A stretch of 64,000 nt of DNA from Terriglobia bacterium (GTDB lineage Bacteria; Acidobacteriota; Terriglobia; 20CM-2-55-15). The DNA lies in assembly GCA_965198225.1 (NCBI GenBank), contig CBDAOY010000007.1, positions 64,001 through 128,000 on the forward strand, read 5' to 3'. Below the pieces are notes generated by a model. The model ran no database searches. It was not told the DNA's origin and was given only the letters and a program-made list of their open reading frames with translations. Position 1 is the first letter of the stretch. Every line of letters begins with the position of its first letter. Below are positions 47,855 to 58,122 of this stretch, one piece after another. A program made the translations under genes and the position numbers.

Positions 47855-49818
47855 CGTCCACCTCCTCTTTCCTGAACTTGCCGTTCGAGTTCACGCAGCA
47901 TGAACTGAACCAGATAGGGCGCCTCGTCCAGGTCGGAAGCTCTTTTCCATTCCATCGTCGCCTCCGCCGTCCTGTCGTTGAAGATGCCGTTCGGCTCGCC
48001 GTTCTCGTCGAAGACGCGGCGGTCCTCGGCATTCAGGTGCCCTAACTCGAGCAGGTAGCGCTGAAGCTGCCGGACGTCGTTACCCGTGGTCTGTTCGATC
48101 GGCTGAAAGCCGACGCCGTAAAGATGGTGGAACTTCCATTCCTCCCAGAGAGCGCGCAGTTCCGGAATCGCCTGCGTGCTGTCGTCGACGCGGAGGTCGA
48201 CGAGGAGATCGGTTCCCATGAAGCCCGCGCCCTTGCGGTAGACCTTTAGCTGTGCGCCCTGCTGCCCGCGAGCATCGCCCCCGACGGCATACGCCGCTTC
48301 GCAGGCCTGGAGCAACCGTTCGGCCAGGGGCAGCCCGGAGCCTTCGGTTCCCTCGAACGTATCGGCAAAAGCGTTGACCACCGCGGGGCCGGCCAGGATG
48401 TTCCCCGAGGTAGCGTAGTTCTTCCCGAAGCGCTGGCCGATCCACTGGGAGCCCCGCGGGCCGGTCGTGGGGAGGCTGCGGCCGGCAACGTCGACGATGT
48501 TGATCTGACCCGTGTCCGGAAGCATGCCGCGGACACGCCGCATAACTTCGACGGGGCTCAGGCCTTCCTCCTCCATCCAGTCCAGCATCTGCTCACCCAT
48601 CGTAAACGGACCGTTCTGCATGACGGTGATCGCACCGACTCCGGCGCGCGCGAACGAGGCTACCGGCCCAACCGCAAAGTATTTCGAGGTCATGCAATTG
48701 CCGACGTCGCCAGTGTCGGGATCGTAGCCCACGATCGACAGGCTGCTCATGATGTCGTCTTCAGGAGTCAGGTCGAAGGAGTGCGCTCCCGGCCCGACGT
48801 CTGCGAGGAGAGGCACGCTCAACCCGCGTTCTTCCATTTCGGCGCGGATCGAATTCACGGTTTCCAGCCCCGCAGAGGGACTGCCGCCCAGGCTGTGGTC
48901 TCTCTTGTAGCTGGAAACGGCGCCCGCGGTGACGTCCTCGAAGAGGCCGTTTGCCGCGCCTGCATCGTCGAAGATCGTCTCTTCGTCGCCGTCCAGGTAG
49001 CCCAGGGTTTTCAGGCTTGTCTGAAGCCATTGGACGTCCCGGCCGCGCGTCATGCCCATGATCCGGAAACCGGGGACTTCGGCGTGGACGTCCTTCCATC
49101 GCATGTAGAGCTTCCGCAGTTCGATGATCGCATTGCGGCTGTCGTCGATCCGCAGGTTGACCAGGTTGTCCATTCCGAAGCGGCCGCCACCCGCGCGCTT
49201 GACGATCAGGGTAGCTCCCATTCGCCCGCGAGCATCGCCGCCGGCCCGGTCGGCCGCCTCCAGCGCCTGGAGCAGCCTTTCGGCAAGCGGCAGGCCGATC
49301 GTCTCCGTCGATTCGAAGGTTTGAGCGAACGCGTCCACGACCTGCGGTCCCGCGAGGATGTTGCCGGCCGCTGCGTAATGCTTCCCGTACCTGTGACCCT
49401 TCCACATGCTGGCCTGGGTTTCGCTCGTCGTCGAGATGCTCCGGCCTTCGGCGTCCACGATGTTGATCTGGCCGACTCCCCGGGGATGGCGCTGTCGCAG
49501 TCGATCCAGTACGTCGGCAGGACTCACTCCTTCTTCGAGCCAGTCCAGCATCGATTCGGCGTCGGCGTAAGGTGCGCCTCCCATTGTTGCGACGGCCCCG
49601 ACATCCGCCCGGACGTGAGCCGCGATCGGCGCGACCGCGAAGAACCTCGAGGCCAGAGCGATCCCCACATCACCGGTGTCCGGGTCGTAGCCGACGATCG
49701 ACATACTACTCATCCCGTCGTCCGTCAATGGAACCGGTACCTGTGCGGCCGCGATGGTCGAGAAGAAGAACGGTAGGACGAACAACATCAGGGCGGGGAG
49801 TTTCCGAGAAGAATCCAT
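47851..49818 (-). CDS. Exported protein with two tandem DUF1028 + PG-binding modules
   Basis: Two SS(M/L)SIVGYDPDTGDVG units, each followed by DVxxLQxxLxxLGxL; start MDSSRK with RBS AGGAGG. Confidence 0.85.
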   Translation of the reverse strand: MDSSRKLPALMLFVLPFFFSTIAAAQVPVPLTDDGMSSMSIVGYDPDTGDVGIALASRFFAVAPIAAHVRADVGAVATMGGAPYADAESMLDWLEEGVSPADVLDRLRQRHPRGVGQINIVDAEGRSISTTSETQASMWKGHRYGKHYAAAGNILAGPQVVDAFAQTFESTETIGLPLAERLLQALEAADRAGGDARGRMGATLIVKRAGGGRFGMDNLVNLRIDDSRNAIIELRKLYMRWKDVHAEVPGFRIMGMTRGRDVQWLQTSLKTLGYLDGDEETIFDDAGAANGLFEDVTAGAVSSYKRDHSLGGSPSAGLETVNSIRAEMEERGLSVPLLADVGPGAHSFDLTPEDDIMSSLSIVGYDPDTGDVGNCMTSKYFAVGPVASFARAGVGAITVMQNGPFTMGEQMLDWMEEEGLSPVEVMRRVRGMLPDTGQINIVDVAGRSLPTTGPRGSQWIGQRFGKNYATSGNILAGPAVVNAFADTFEGTEGSGLPLAERLLQACEAAYAVGGDARGQQGAQLKVYRKGAGFMGTDLLVDLRVDDSTQAIPELRALWEEWKFHHLYGVGFQPIEQTTGNDVRQLQRYLLELGHLNAEDRRVFDENGEPNGIFNDRTAEATMEWKRASDLDEAPYLVQFMLRELERQVQERGGGR

Positions 49819-49839
49819 GGTTCCTCCTGGAGAAATAAA

Positions 49840-49875
49840 TCGAGCCCGGCCTCGCGGGAACGAAGCCGGGCTCGA
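49840..49875 (-). terminator. Stem-loop after the TonB receptor gene
   Basis: TCGAGCCCGGC...GCCGGGCTCGA followed by TTTATTT on the minus strand. Confidence 0.6.
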
Positions 49876-49894
49876 GAGTGGAGGTAAATGCTCT

Positions 49895-52800
49895 TTAGAA
49901 CATGTACTTGATGCCGAACTGGATCTGACGATTGTCGATCTTGGTCCGGGTGATCGTGCCGAAGGCTCCGGAGTTGACCGTCTTGTTCGGGACTGCAAAC
50001 TGGGCCTTGTTCATCATGTTGAAGAACTCCGCCCGGAACTGGACGTTGTGCGTTTCCGCGAAGCGAATGTTCTTCATCAGCGTGAAGTCCCAGGTGTTAA
50101 TCCCGGGGCCTTTCAGGAATCCGCGCGAGGCCGTGCCGAAGGTCCCGGCCGGTGGAACCACCAACGCTGAAGTGTCGAACCAGGCCTGCGGCGTGGGGTT
50201 GCTCAGTACCGGGTCACCGACGACGTTGGCACGGACGAAACCGTTTCCGGTGTTGCTGATATCTCCCGAGGCTTCGGGAGTAAAGGACTGGCCCGAAGCG
50301 AACGTCGTGATTCCGGCAATCTGCCAGCCGCCGAGGACGGCATCGGCCGCACCGCTCAGGCCGACCGGCTTGCCCGCCCCGAATGGCAGTTCGTAGGAAT
50401 AGCTGACGACCATCCGATGGCGGACATCGAAGAGAGCGTTGCCCTTTTCAGCGACCAGGTTGTGGTTGTTCTGGATGCTACCACCGCCGATGCCCGTGCC
50501 CGACGCGCCGCCGTTGTCGAGCGTATGCGACCAGGTGTAGGCGCCGACGAACGCGAGCCCGCCCGACATCCGCTTCTCCAGCTTCGTCTGCAGTGAATGG
50601 TAGGTGGAGGCGGCAGATTTTTCGGACTGGTTGATGCCACCCCATCCCTGGAAGGGACGGCGCGAGCTCACCGACGTCCAGTTGTCCGGATCCGAGCCCT
50701 GGCCCAGAACGTCGCCCGTGAACGCCTGGTTGATGTTCCGCCTGCTGCGCAGCTTCGTTCCCTTCGATCCGGCATAGGAGAAGTCCAGCACCATATTCGT
50801 ACCCAGCGGGCGCTGGAAGCCGAGGTTGAAGTGCTGCATGTAGCCCGTCTTCGCGTACAGGTCGACGGCGCGGACGATGATCGCGTCGGTCGTCGTCTGC
50901 GGGAACGGATTCCTGAGCGTAAGGTCGGGGGTGCCGGGGGCGCCGTTGAACCCCTGCGGGATCACATAAGGATACGCCAAGCCACGGCTCGTCCAGTTGA
51001 ACGCGCTGATGTGGGGTGTATAGAAGATCCCGTAGCCGCCGCGGACGACGAGGTCGATGGCCTCGGGAGACCAGGCGAACCCCACCCGCGGCGCAAAGTC
51101 GTTCAGATCGTTGTACATTAACCCGGTTGGTACGGATGGGTTCTGGTCCAGTCCGCCCGGCACGCTGATGGTCTGACCCGGGTTCGTCGGGTGGTTGTAA
51201 ACCAGAGTGCCGCTCTTGCCCCCGACGACGATCTGGCCGGTCTCCTGGTGGAACGTCGTTCCTTCGTTGGGACCCTGGCCGTCCGCTGTCGGGGAGGCGC
51301 CGGAAAAGGCCGGCGGTGACTGGAATTCCCAGCGCAGGCCGAGGTTGAGCGTCAGGTTGGGCGTGATCTTCCAGTCGTCGGCGAAGAAGATGTTGACGCT
51401 CCGCATCCGCTGGTAGGTCGCGGCGTCGCCGACGAGACGGTCCGTGCGAGCCGGGAAGCCCAACAGCAGGTCGCCCAGTGCGACGCCGGAGTACTTGTTG
51501 TTGTCGAAACGGAACCGCCCGTTGGAGTTGCTCTCCAGCCAGATGTTCATGTACATCGTCCGGACTTCGGCTCCCATCTTTATCTGATGGTTGCCCCGGG
51601 TCAGGGCGAACATGTCGAACCAGTGCCAGGTGTTGTCATGCCGGAGCTGCGCGCTGTAGGTGCCCCGCTGACGGGAGAAGCCGGCCACGTCGACCCGCGG
51701 GAAGCCCAGGTTCGAACCCGTCGAGCACCGCACCTCCCTGGTGCAGTTGTCCGCGCCCCGGGGTTTAAGCTCGCTCTGAACGCCCATAATGCCCAGTTGC
51801 TGCGCGAAGGGCTGACCGTACAGGGTCTCGTAGATGCCTCCGATCAGCCGGTTGAATCCGACCCGGGCCTCGTTCACCGCCGTTGGGCCGAAGACGTAGG
51901 TCGAGCTGAGGGCCGCATTCCGGCCGATCGGCTGGAAGAAGACCGCGCCGAAGTTGGGGAGCTGGACTCCGGCCTGGAACTCCGGGTTCTCCCGGTAGGA
52001 CTGCTGCCAGGTGATCCGGCCGAAGATGTTGTGGTTGTCGGTCAGCCGGTGATCGACACGACCCGTATAGATGTCGAAATCCTCGACCCGGCTCGCGCCC
52101 GTCAGGTAATTGTTGACCGGGTCCGATCGGTTCGGCTCGGGATAGAAGTTGGCGATGGCCTGGCCGATGGGGTCGATTCGATCCGCCGGGATGATATTGC
52201 CCGGGAACTGCAGTCCCGTGGAGGGGTCGATGACCGGCGTGCTGAAGCTCGAGAGGTCGCCGCTCCGCTGGGCCATGGTCGGCACGCGTGCCAGCGAGTT
52301 CTGGATCTGGTTCACCCGGGTGCCTTCGTAGTTGAACATGAAGTGGGTCCGGTCCCTGACGATCGGACCGGAGAAGACCACGCCGAACTGGTCGCGCTTG
52401 TAGTTTTCCTTCTCGTCGGCGAAGAAGTTCCGCGCATCGAAACGATCGCGGCGGGCGAACTCGAAAGCCGTGAGGTGGAAATCGTTCGATCCGGACTTCG
52501 TCTGGATGTTGATCACAGCGCCGCCGGCACGGCCGAACTCCGCGCTGTAGGTGCTGGTCTGGATCTTGAATTCCTGGATGGCGTCGATGGACGGGACGAT
52601 CACGAGCTGCGCATTGCCCGTGTCGTTGTTGTCGACACCGTCGAGCAGGAAGTTGTTGTCGCGCTCTCGTGCGCCCGAGGCGTGCAGTGAGAAGTTCTGG
52701 TTGGCGAGGTTCGATCCCTCAACGCTGGGCTGAACTCCGGTCGTCAGCGTCGTCAGCGCCATGAAGTGTCGCTGGTTTAGAGGAATGTCGGTCACCTTCT

Positions 52801-53221
52801 GGCTGTCCATCACCTGTCCGAGCGAGGCGGTCTCGCTCTGCAGTAACGGCGCATCCGCCGTGACCTCGATGACCTCGCTCACTTCCCCGATGCGCAGGAT
52901 GAAGTCGATCGGGACGACGGCGCCCACCTGGAGGATGACACCCCGACGGATTTCCGTCTGAAAACCGGGCAGCGTCGCTTCGACCTCGTATGTGGATGGC
53001 GGGAGTAGGGGCACCGAATAGAGCCCCGACTCGCCGGTGATCACGATTCGATTCAATCCGGTCGCGGCGTCCCGTACGGTAATCTCGACGCCCGGAATCA
53101 CAGCGCCGGATTCGTCACCCGCGGTGCCGACGATGCGGCCCGTGGTCGATTGAGCCTGAACAGTTGCCGTCATGGAGAAGCAAAGAACGACGGCAACAAT
53201 AGATAATCTCCACCTATTCAT
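49895..53221 (-). CDS. TonB-dependent receptor with carboxypeptidase-regulatory-like domain
   Basis: Signal peptide; DESGAVIPG; NNFLLDGVDNND; PSIDAIQEFK; C-terminal RQIQFGIKYMF. Confidence 0.92.
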   Translation of the reverse strand: MNRWRLSIVAVVLCFSMTATVQAQSTTGRIVGTAGDESGAVIPGVEITVRDAATGLNRIVITGESGLYSVPLLPPSTYEVEATLPGFQTEIRRGVILQVGAVVPIDFILRIGEVSEVIEVTADAPLLQSETASLGQVMDSQKVTDIPLNQRHFMALTTLTTGVQPSVEGSNLANQNFSLHASGARERDNNFLLDGVDNNDTGNAQLVIVPSIDAIQEFKIQTSTYSAEFGRAGGAVINIQTKSGSNDFHLTAFEFARRDRFDARNFFADEKENYKRDQFGVVFSGPIVRDRTHFMFNYEGTRVNQIQNSLARVPTMAQRSGDLSSFSTPVIDPSTGLQFPGNIIPADRIDPIGQAIANFYPEPNRSDPVNNYLTGASRVEDFDIYTGRVDHRLTDNHNIFGRITWQQSYRENPEFQAGVQLPNFGAVFFQPIGRNAALSSTYVFGPTAVNEARVGFNRLIGGIYETLYGQPFAQQLGIMGVQSELKPRGADNCTREVRCSTGSNLGFPRVDVAGFSRQRGTYSAQLRHDNTWHWFDMFALTRGNHQIKMGAEVRTMYMNIWLESNSNGRFRFDNNKYSGVALGDLLLGFPARTDRLVGDAATYQRMRSVNIFFADDWKITPNLTLNLGLRWEFQSPPAFSGASPTADGQGPNEGTTFHQETGQIVVGGKSGTLVYNHPTNPGQTISVPGGLDQNPSVPTGLMYNDLNDFAPRVGFAWSPEAIDLVVRGGYGIFYTPHISAFNWTSRGLAYPYVIPQGFNGAPGTPDLTLRNPFPQTTTDAIIVRAVDLYAKTGYMQHFNLGFQRPLGTNMVLDFSYAGSKGTKLRSRRNINQAFTGDVLGQGSDPDNWTSVSSRRPFQGWGGINQSEKSAASTYHSLQTKLEKRMSGGLAFVGAYTWSHTLDNGGASGTGIGGGSIQNNHNLVAEKGNALFDVRHRMVVSYSYELPFGAGKPVGLSGAADAVLGGWQIAGITTFASGQSFTPEASGDISNTGNGFVRANVVGDPVLSNPTPQAWFDTSALVVPPAGTFGTASRGFLKGPGINTWDFTLMKNIRFAETHNVQFRAEFFNMMNKAQFAVPNKTVNSGAFGTITRTKIDNRQIQFGIKYMF

Positions 53222-53339
53222 GAGAGAAACCTCCTCTAATGAGCAAGCAGCAGCCGTGTTCTCGTCTTGAGGAACGCCGGTTGCACAATCAGCAGCCAGG
53301 GCCGAACGGCCCAACACACTTCTCCCTAGGTTTTTTGAA

Positions 53340-53455
53340 CTGCTTGAAAAAGCGAAGGGGTATGCTATCAGGACCGGTACTGAAGGGTAATCGGCCCTCT
53401 GGTATAAATTAATATATATCTAAAGTTATACGATAAGACTTTTAAGCCATACCAT
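53340..53455 (-). promoter_or_regulatory. AT-rich putative promoter/operator region for the TonB receptor operon
   Basis: TATAAATTAATATATATCTAAAGTTATA imperfect palindrome in GC-rich DNA; extended -10-like TGATAGCAT at 53370-53362. Confidence 0.4.
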
Positions 53456-53459
53456 TGAT

Positions 53460-54524
53460 CTATTTCGGGTTCATCCTCTGAACCTGAGATCTCATCCTCT
53501 CGGCGGCCTGGCGTTCGCTCTGGGGCGGTTCCTTTGCGAGATAGGCATCCAATTCGGCCAGCACCATCTCGAAGTGTTCGAGCTTCAGGTAGACATTCGC
53601 AAGCATGAGGTAGGAGGGTAAGAACGAGTCGTCGAGCGCTTTCGAACGGCCGAGTGCCGCTCGAGCGAGTTCCAGCTGTCCGGTCTTATAGAGAGCCGAT
53701 CCGAGAAAATAGTAACCAACGGCGTTTCTCGGGTTCAGCTTGACGGCATCCCCGAGCAGCAACGCCGCCGCGCCGAAGGTTTCGACCGCCTGATCCCGAT
53801 TCCCGAACGATTCTTCCGCGTCTCCAGCCTGGAGGTAGAGGCGTCCGAGGTTGATCAGCGGATCGGCCGAGCGGGGATTCAACTCCCGAGCCACAAGAAA
53901 CTCGCGCCGTGCTTCGTTCGGCTGTCCGGATTGTTGGTAGATCAGGCCAAGTGTGTTGTGGGCACGGTAAAAATCAGGAGCCAGCTCGATCGCTTCCTTG
54001 AGCAGCTCGATCGCCTTCGAGAGGTTTCCTTTTTCTCTCTCATCGAGGGCGCGATCGTGAGCACGAACGGCCGCGGCTGGATACGTCTTTCGAAACTCCG
54101 TGAGGTCGACGAGATTGGGGTCCGATCCGCTCGTTGCGTCGTCGGGCGCGGCCGCCGCCCGGTTGATTGTGATCATAGCCGTGATGATCTGCTCGGCTCC
54201 GCGCGTGACCTCCACACGCTGACGCACTTCGTCAAAGCCCTCGGTTCGGACGAAGATGTGGAACGTGCCCGCATTGAGATCCTTGAATTCGAAATTGCCG
54301 ATGCCGTCGGCGTAGACGTTGGCGATGGCGTCCCGACCAATTCCTTCCAACCGCACTTCGACCGGACCGGAGGGCGGAGCTTTCGGATCGAAGAGAACGC
54401 GGCCGCGGATGATAAAGCGGATGTCGGGATTGAGCCCGTCCATCTGAGGGTCGTAACCCTGGCTCCAGGCGGGCGGAATCAGACCGAGGAATAACGCGAG
54501 CAAAGCTGGAATTGTGTGACGCAC
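53460..54524 (-). CDS. Exported carboxypeptidase-regulatory-like + TPR protein
   Basis: Signal peptide; GNFEFKDLNAGTFHI; APDFYRAHNTLG TPRs. Confidence 0.85.
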   Translation of the reverse strand: MRHTIPALLALFLGLIPPAWSQGYDPQMDGLNPDIRFIIRGRVLFDPKAPPSGPVEVRLEGIGRDAIANVYADGIGNFEFKDLNAGTFHIFVRTEGFDEVRQRVEVTRGAEQIITAMITINRAAAAPDDATSGSDPNLVDLTEFRKTYPAAAVRAHDRALDEREKGNLSKAIELLKEAIELAPDFYRAHNTLGLIYQQSGQPNEARREFLVARELNPRSADPLINLGRLYLQAGDAEESFGNRDQAVETFGAAALLLGDAVKLNPRNAVGYYFLGSALYKTGQLELARAALGRSKALDDSFLPSYLMLANVYLKLEHFEMVLAELDAYLAKEPPQSERQAAERMRSQVQRMNPK

Positions 54525-54603
54525 GAACAGCCTCCGTGTCGTTCTTCAACCCTATCACGGTCGGTCCGTGGCCTGGCACACAATGGGCCCGGATTCCACT
54601 CGC

Positions 54604-56892
54604 TCAACCGGGGTTTCTCGCCATTTCTGCTCGGATCTGCTCGACGAACCGGCGCGGACCGTCCTCCCCAGGCACCAACTCCAAGAGTTCTTCGCCATAA
54701 GGCAAAGCCTCACTCCACCGACCGTCCTGGGCGTAGAAGATGGCAAGGGCCTGGGCGAATGCCGGATCCCGCGAATCGATCCTGTAGGCCTGCTGCAGCT
54801 CGAACTCCGCAGTCTGACGGCGGCCCAGTTGTTGCAGGGCCAACCCGTAGTTGTAACGTACGCGCGCCCTCTCGGGGAGTAGTGCGGCGGCTCGACCCAG
54901 GCTCACGGCCGCATCCTCGAGTCGGTCCATCTCCGCCAGGAGCAGACCCAGTGAATAATGTGGCTCTCCTTCTCCGGGATGCCGTGCAGTGGCCTCCCTC
55001 AGCACGCGTTCGGCATCCGGGTTGCGGCCCATGTCGTTGAGCAGCGTGGCCAGGTTCAAACGCGCCGGGAGAAACCCGGGATCGATACTCACGGCGGCTT
55101 CGTAGTCGCGGACTGCTTGTTCTTGTCGGCCGGTGGCGGCGTGAATTACCCCCAGGTTCAGGTGAGCCGGCGCCATGTCGGCCAGCGACGACTGCAGCAA
55201 TTCATACTCGCTCAGTGCCGCATCGAACGCTTGCCGGTGCTCCCCGCTGAGTTCGGTGGAAGCCGCAGCCAGAACCCTTACGGCCTGAATCCGGACGGCG
55301 CGGACCGGGTCCCGCAGTAAAGGGGAAGCGGTTTGGATTCGTTCTTCCGGCGGCAGGGATTCCAGTTCTGAAACTGCAGTCGCACGGACGAGAGGGTCGT
55401 CATCGTGCACGGCCTCCACCACGGCGGGGACACCAGCGGTAGGGTAGCTTCGCAACAGCTCCAGCGCGGTGGCGCGAACGATTGTCGGTTGCTCGGCATC
55501 GCCGCTGAGCTCGATCAGCCTCGCCGCGGCGTCTGGCTCTCGCCGACGGCCGGCCGCGATCGTCTCACCGTAATGGGGTTCCTGTCGGCGCTCCGTGCCG
55601 TACCATCTTGCGACGGCTGCATCCGCCCATTCGGCTGCCTCGTCCGTATGGCACATGTTGCACGCGTTCGGTGTTCCAAGCTTGAGCGACAGGTCCGGCC
55701 GAGGGATCCGGAAACTGTGGTCCCGTCGCGGATCCACGACCATGTAGGTGCGCTCGGGCATGTGACAATTCACGCATCGCGCGCCGTCGCCCTCTGCCGG
55801 ATGAAAGTGATGCTCCGAAGAGTTGTAGTTCTTGGGTGTCAGGGTCGGAAAGCGATCACGCGGGGCGTCGAGGTGGTGGCACTGTTCGCAGACCGCGTTG
55901 CCCACGACGCGCAACTCCAGGCTGTGAGGGTTGTGGCAGTCGGTGCAGCGAATGCCCTCCTCATACATCCGGCTCTGGAGGAACGAACCGTACACATAGA
56001 CCTCTTCGAGGATCTGGCCGTCGGCGTGGTACAGATCCTCCCGGAGAGTCTCCGGCATGAAGTGGTCGAGAAACCGCTCTCCCGCCCGGTCTTCGGCGCT
56101 CACCTGGTGACGACGAGAGTGGCACGGCGCACACGACTCCACCTGGTAACGCGCATCGTTCGTGGCGAAATCAGCGATCAGTCCGGCACCGTGTGTCGTG
56201 GCGTCGGGTCGATCGACCTCGGATGCCCAAGCCACATGTGCTTCGCCCGGACCGTGACAGGACTGGCAACCGACGTCGATCCTGTCCCACTTCGTATCGT
56301 AAGTGTCGGTCTCTATATCGTAGTTCTTCCGAAGATTCGTCGAGTGACACTCCGCGCACATGAAGTTCCAGTTCTGGTAGCGACCCGTCCAGTGGAAGGG
56401 GTCTTCGGGAGGAATACGCTCGTCAGGATAGAGGTGGAACCAGCGCTCACGCTGTGTGTCCCACGCAACGCCCAGACTCTGAAGACGTCCGCCGGGAAAC
56501 TCGATCAGATACTGCTGGAGTGGTTCGATCCCGAACGTGTACCGGATTTCGAAATCCCGCATACTACCGCCAGGACCTTCGGTGTTGACGAAGAACTTCC
56601 CGTCGTTCCGGAAAAAGCGTGACGTGACATCGAAATGGGTGAACGTTGCGTCGTCGAAATCACCGAGCACAGACTCCTCGGTTGCCTCTTCCATCGAGCG
56701 GTCATGATGGGATTCGGCCCACTCAAGAAACTGTTGTTCGTGGCAGCCCGCACATGTTTCTTCTTCGACAGACAACACCCCTCGCGTGGAGTCCGTCGTT
56801 GACCGGTCGGTATCGCGGTCCCGGCCGCAACCGGCAAGAACGGCCACTAACAATGTCGGAAGGAAGTATCGGTTGAGGCGTGAGTGCTGCAT
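54604..56892 (-). CDS. Multiheme c-type cytochrome lipoprotein with HEAT and TPR repeats
   Basis: Lipobox LAGC; eight CxxCH motifs (CAGCH, CAECH, CQSCH, CAPCH, CTDCH, CEQCH, CVNCH, CNMCH); RRDHSFRIPRP. Confidence 0.92.
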   Translation of the reverse strand: MQHSRLNRYFLPTLLVAVLAGCGRDRDTDRSTTDSTRGVLSVEEETCAGCHEQQFLEWAESHHDRSMEEATEESVLGDFDDATFTHFDVTSRFFRNDGKFFVNTEGPGGSMRDFEIRYTFGIEPLQQYLIEFPGGRLQSLGVAWDTQRERWFHLYPDERIPPEDPFHWTGRYQNWNFMCAECHSTNLRKNYDIETDTYDTKWDRIDVGCQSCHGPGEAHVAWASEVDRPDATTHGAGLIADFATNDARYQVESCAPCHSRRHQVSAEDRAGERFLDHFMPETLREDLYHADGQILEEVYVYGSFLQSRMYEEGIRCTDCHNPHSLELRVVGNAVCEQCHHLDAPRDRFPTLTPKNYNSSEHHFHPAEGDGARCVNCHMPERTYMVVDPRRDHSFRIPRPDLSLKLGTPNACNMCHTDEAAEWADAAVARWYGTERRQEPHYGETIAAGRRREPDAAARLIELSGDAEQPTIVRATALELLRSYPTAGVPAVVEAVHDDDPLVRATAVSELESLPPEERIQTASPLLRDPVRAVRIQAVRVLAAASTELSGEHRQAFDAALSEYELLQSSLADMAPAHLNLGVIHAATGRQEQAVRDYEAAVSIDPGFLPARLNLATLLNDMGRNPDAERVLREATARHPGEGEPHYSLGLLLAEMDRLEDAAVSLGRAAALLPERARVRYNYGLALQQLGRRQTAEFELQQAYRIDSRDPAFAQALAIFYAQDGRWSEALPYGEELLELVPGEDGPRRFVEQIRAEMARNPG

Positions 56893-57186
56893 GGTCTCCG
56901 ATGAACTATCAAGCAGGACCCGTTCTTAATCAAGTCGCGACAGGTCCGGCTGAACCGGGTCGTCAATGGCGAAGATCTCGAGCTGGCCCCCGCCGGTCGA
57001 GGAAAACCGTCGGAAACCTTGGAACAATAGGCATGGTAGAGTGCAGCACCGGACCGTAATCGCCCACACCCGAACCGTGATGTAGGGTATGAGGCTAGAC
57101 TTATGCACTCGGCCGGCGGACGGAAACATGATGCGTGATCCTGAAAGGCGTCTTTTGTCACCCAAGCAAGAAAAACGGGGTCCCTG

Positions 57187-58017
57187 GTGGAGCTGAAGAG
57201 CGTATTCCATCCGTCCGACTTCACGAAGGCCAGCGAGGTCGCCTTCGCCCACGCGTTGAAGCTGGCCCTCGCTGCCCGACTGGAGTTGAGCGTTCTGCAC
57301 GTCGACTCCCAATACGAGGATTTGGACTGGTCGGAATTTCCCGGAGTTCGACAGACGCTGGTGCGTTGGGGCGCGCTGCCTGAAGGCAGCTCCCGCGAGG
57401 ATGTATCGAAGACGGGCCTTGGCGTTCACAAGGTGATCGCGACCCACAAGGATCCTGTCGCCTCGATACTCGGTTACCTCAACGAGCACCCGACCGATTT
57501 GATCGTCCTCTCCACCCATCAGAAGGGGGGGCTTTCGGATTGGTTGAAACGAACCGTTGCGGAGCCGGTCGCTCGGAGATCCGGGGAAGCGACTCTATTT
57601 GTCCCGCACGGGGTCGATGGATTCGTTTCGCCGGAAGATGGTTCCGTCAACCTCAGCCGCGTCCTAGTGCCTGTTGCTTCAAGACCCAGTCCCCACAGGG
57701 CGCTGCGTTCCGCGAACGCCGTCGTACAGGCCCTGGGGTGTGAAGACATCTCGGTTACCACGCTGTATGTGGGGAATGAAGGGGACATGCCGCCGGTACG
57801 GAGCCCGGAAGGGGCGACGTGGAAGCTGGAGGAGGGCGTCGAGGACGGGGACGTCGTCGAGCGGATACTCGCGACGGCCGCGGACTGGGAAGCCGATCTC
57901 GTCGTCATGGCCACTGAAGGCCGGCACGGATTCCTGGACGCGGTACGGGGCAGTACAAGCGAACGCGTGCTACGTGGCCTGTCGTGCCCGCTGCTCGCGG
58001 TGCCGGCAGTGGGTTAG
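57187..58017 (+). CDS. Tandem-domain universal stress protein
   Basis: SVFHPSDFT; ADLVVMATEGRHGFLDAVRGSTSERVL..CPLLAVP. Confidence 0.92.
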   Translation: MELKSVFHPSDFTKASEVAFAHALKLALAARLELSVLHVDSQYEDLDWSEFPGVRQTLVRWGALPEGSSREDVSKTGLGVHKVIATHKDPVASILGYLNEHPTDLIVLSTHQKGGLSDWLKRTVAEPVARRSGEATLFVPHGVDGFVSPEDGSVNLSRVLVPVASRPSPHRALRSANAVVQALGCEDISVTTLYVGNEGDMPPVRSPEGATWKLEEGVEDGDVVERILATAADWEADLVVMATEGRHGFLDAVRGSTSERVLRGLSCPLLAVPAVG

Positions 58018-58122
58018 CAGCGACCGACGACCTCAGCTGCGGAAGGCGAAATCACGATCTCAGCCCGCGGAACACGGTTTGAACCCTCAGTTCTACGCTG
58101 GCGCACCTCGACCCCTCGGGTC

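Noticed and set aside
57092-57107. Sigma-54 promoter before the second usp (AGGCTA-N5-ATGCA)
   Set aside because: Only the GG/GC spacing matches; too weak to call.
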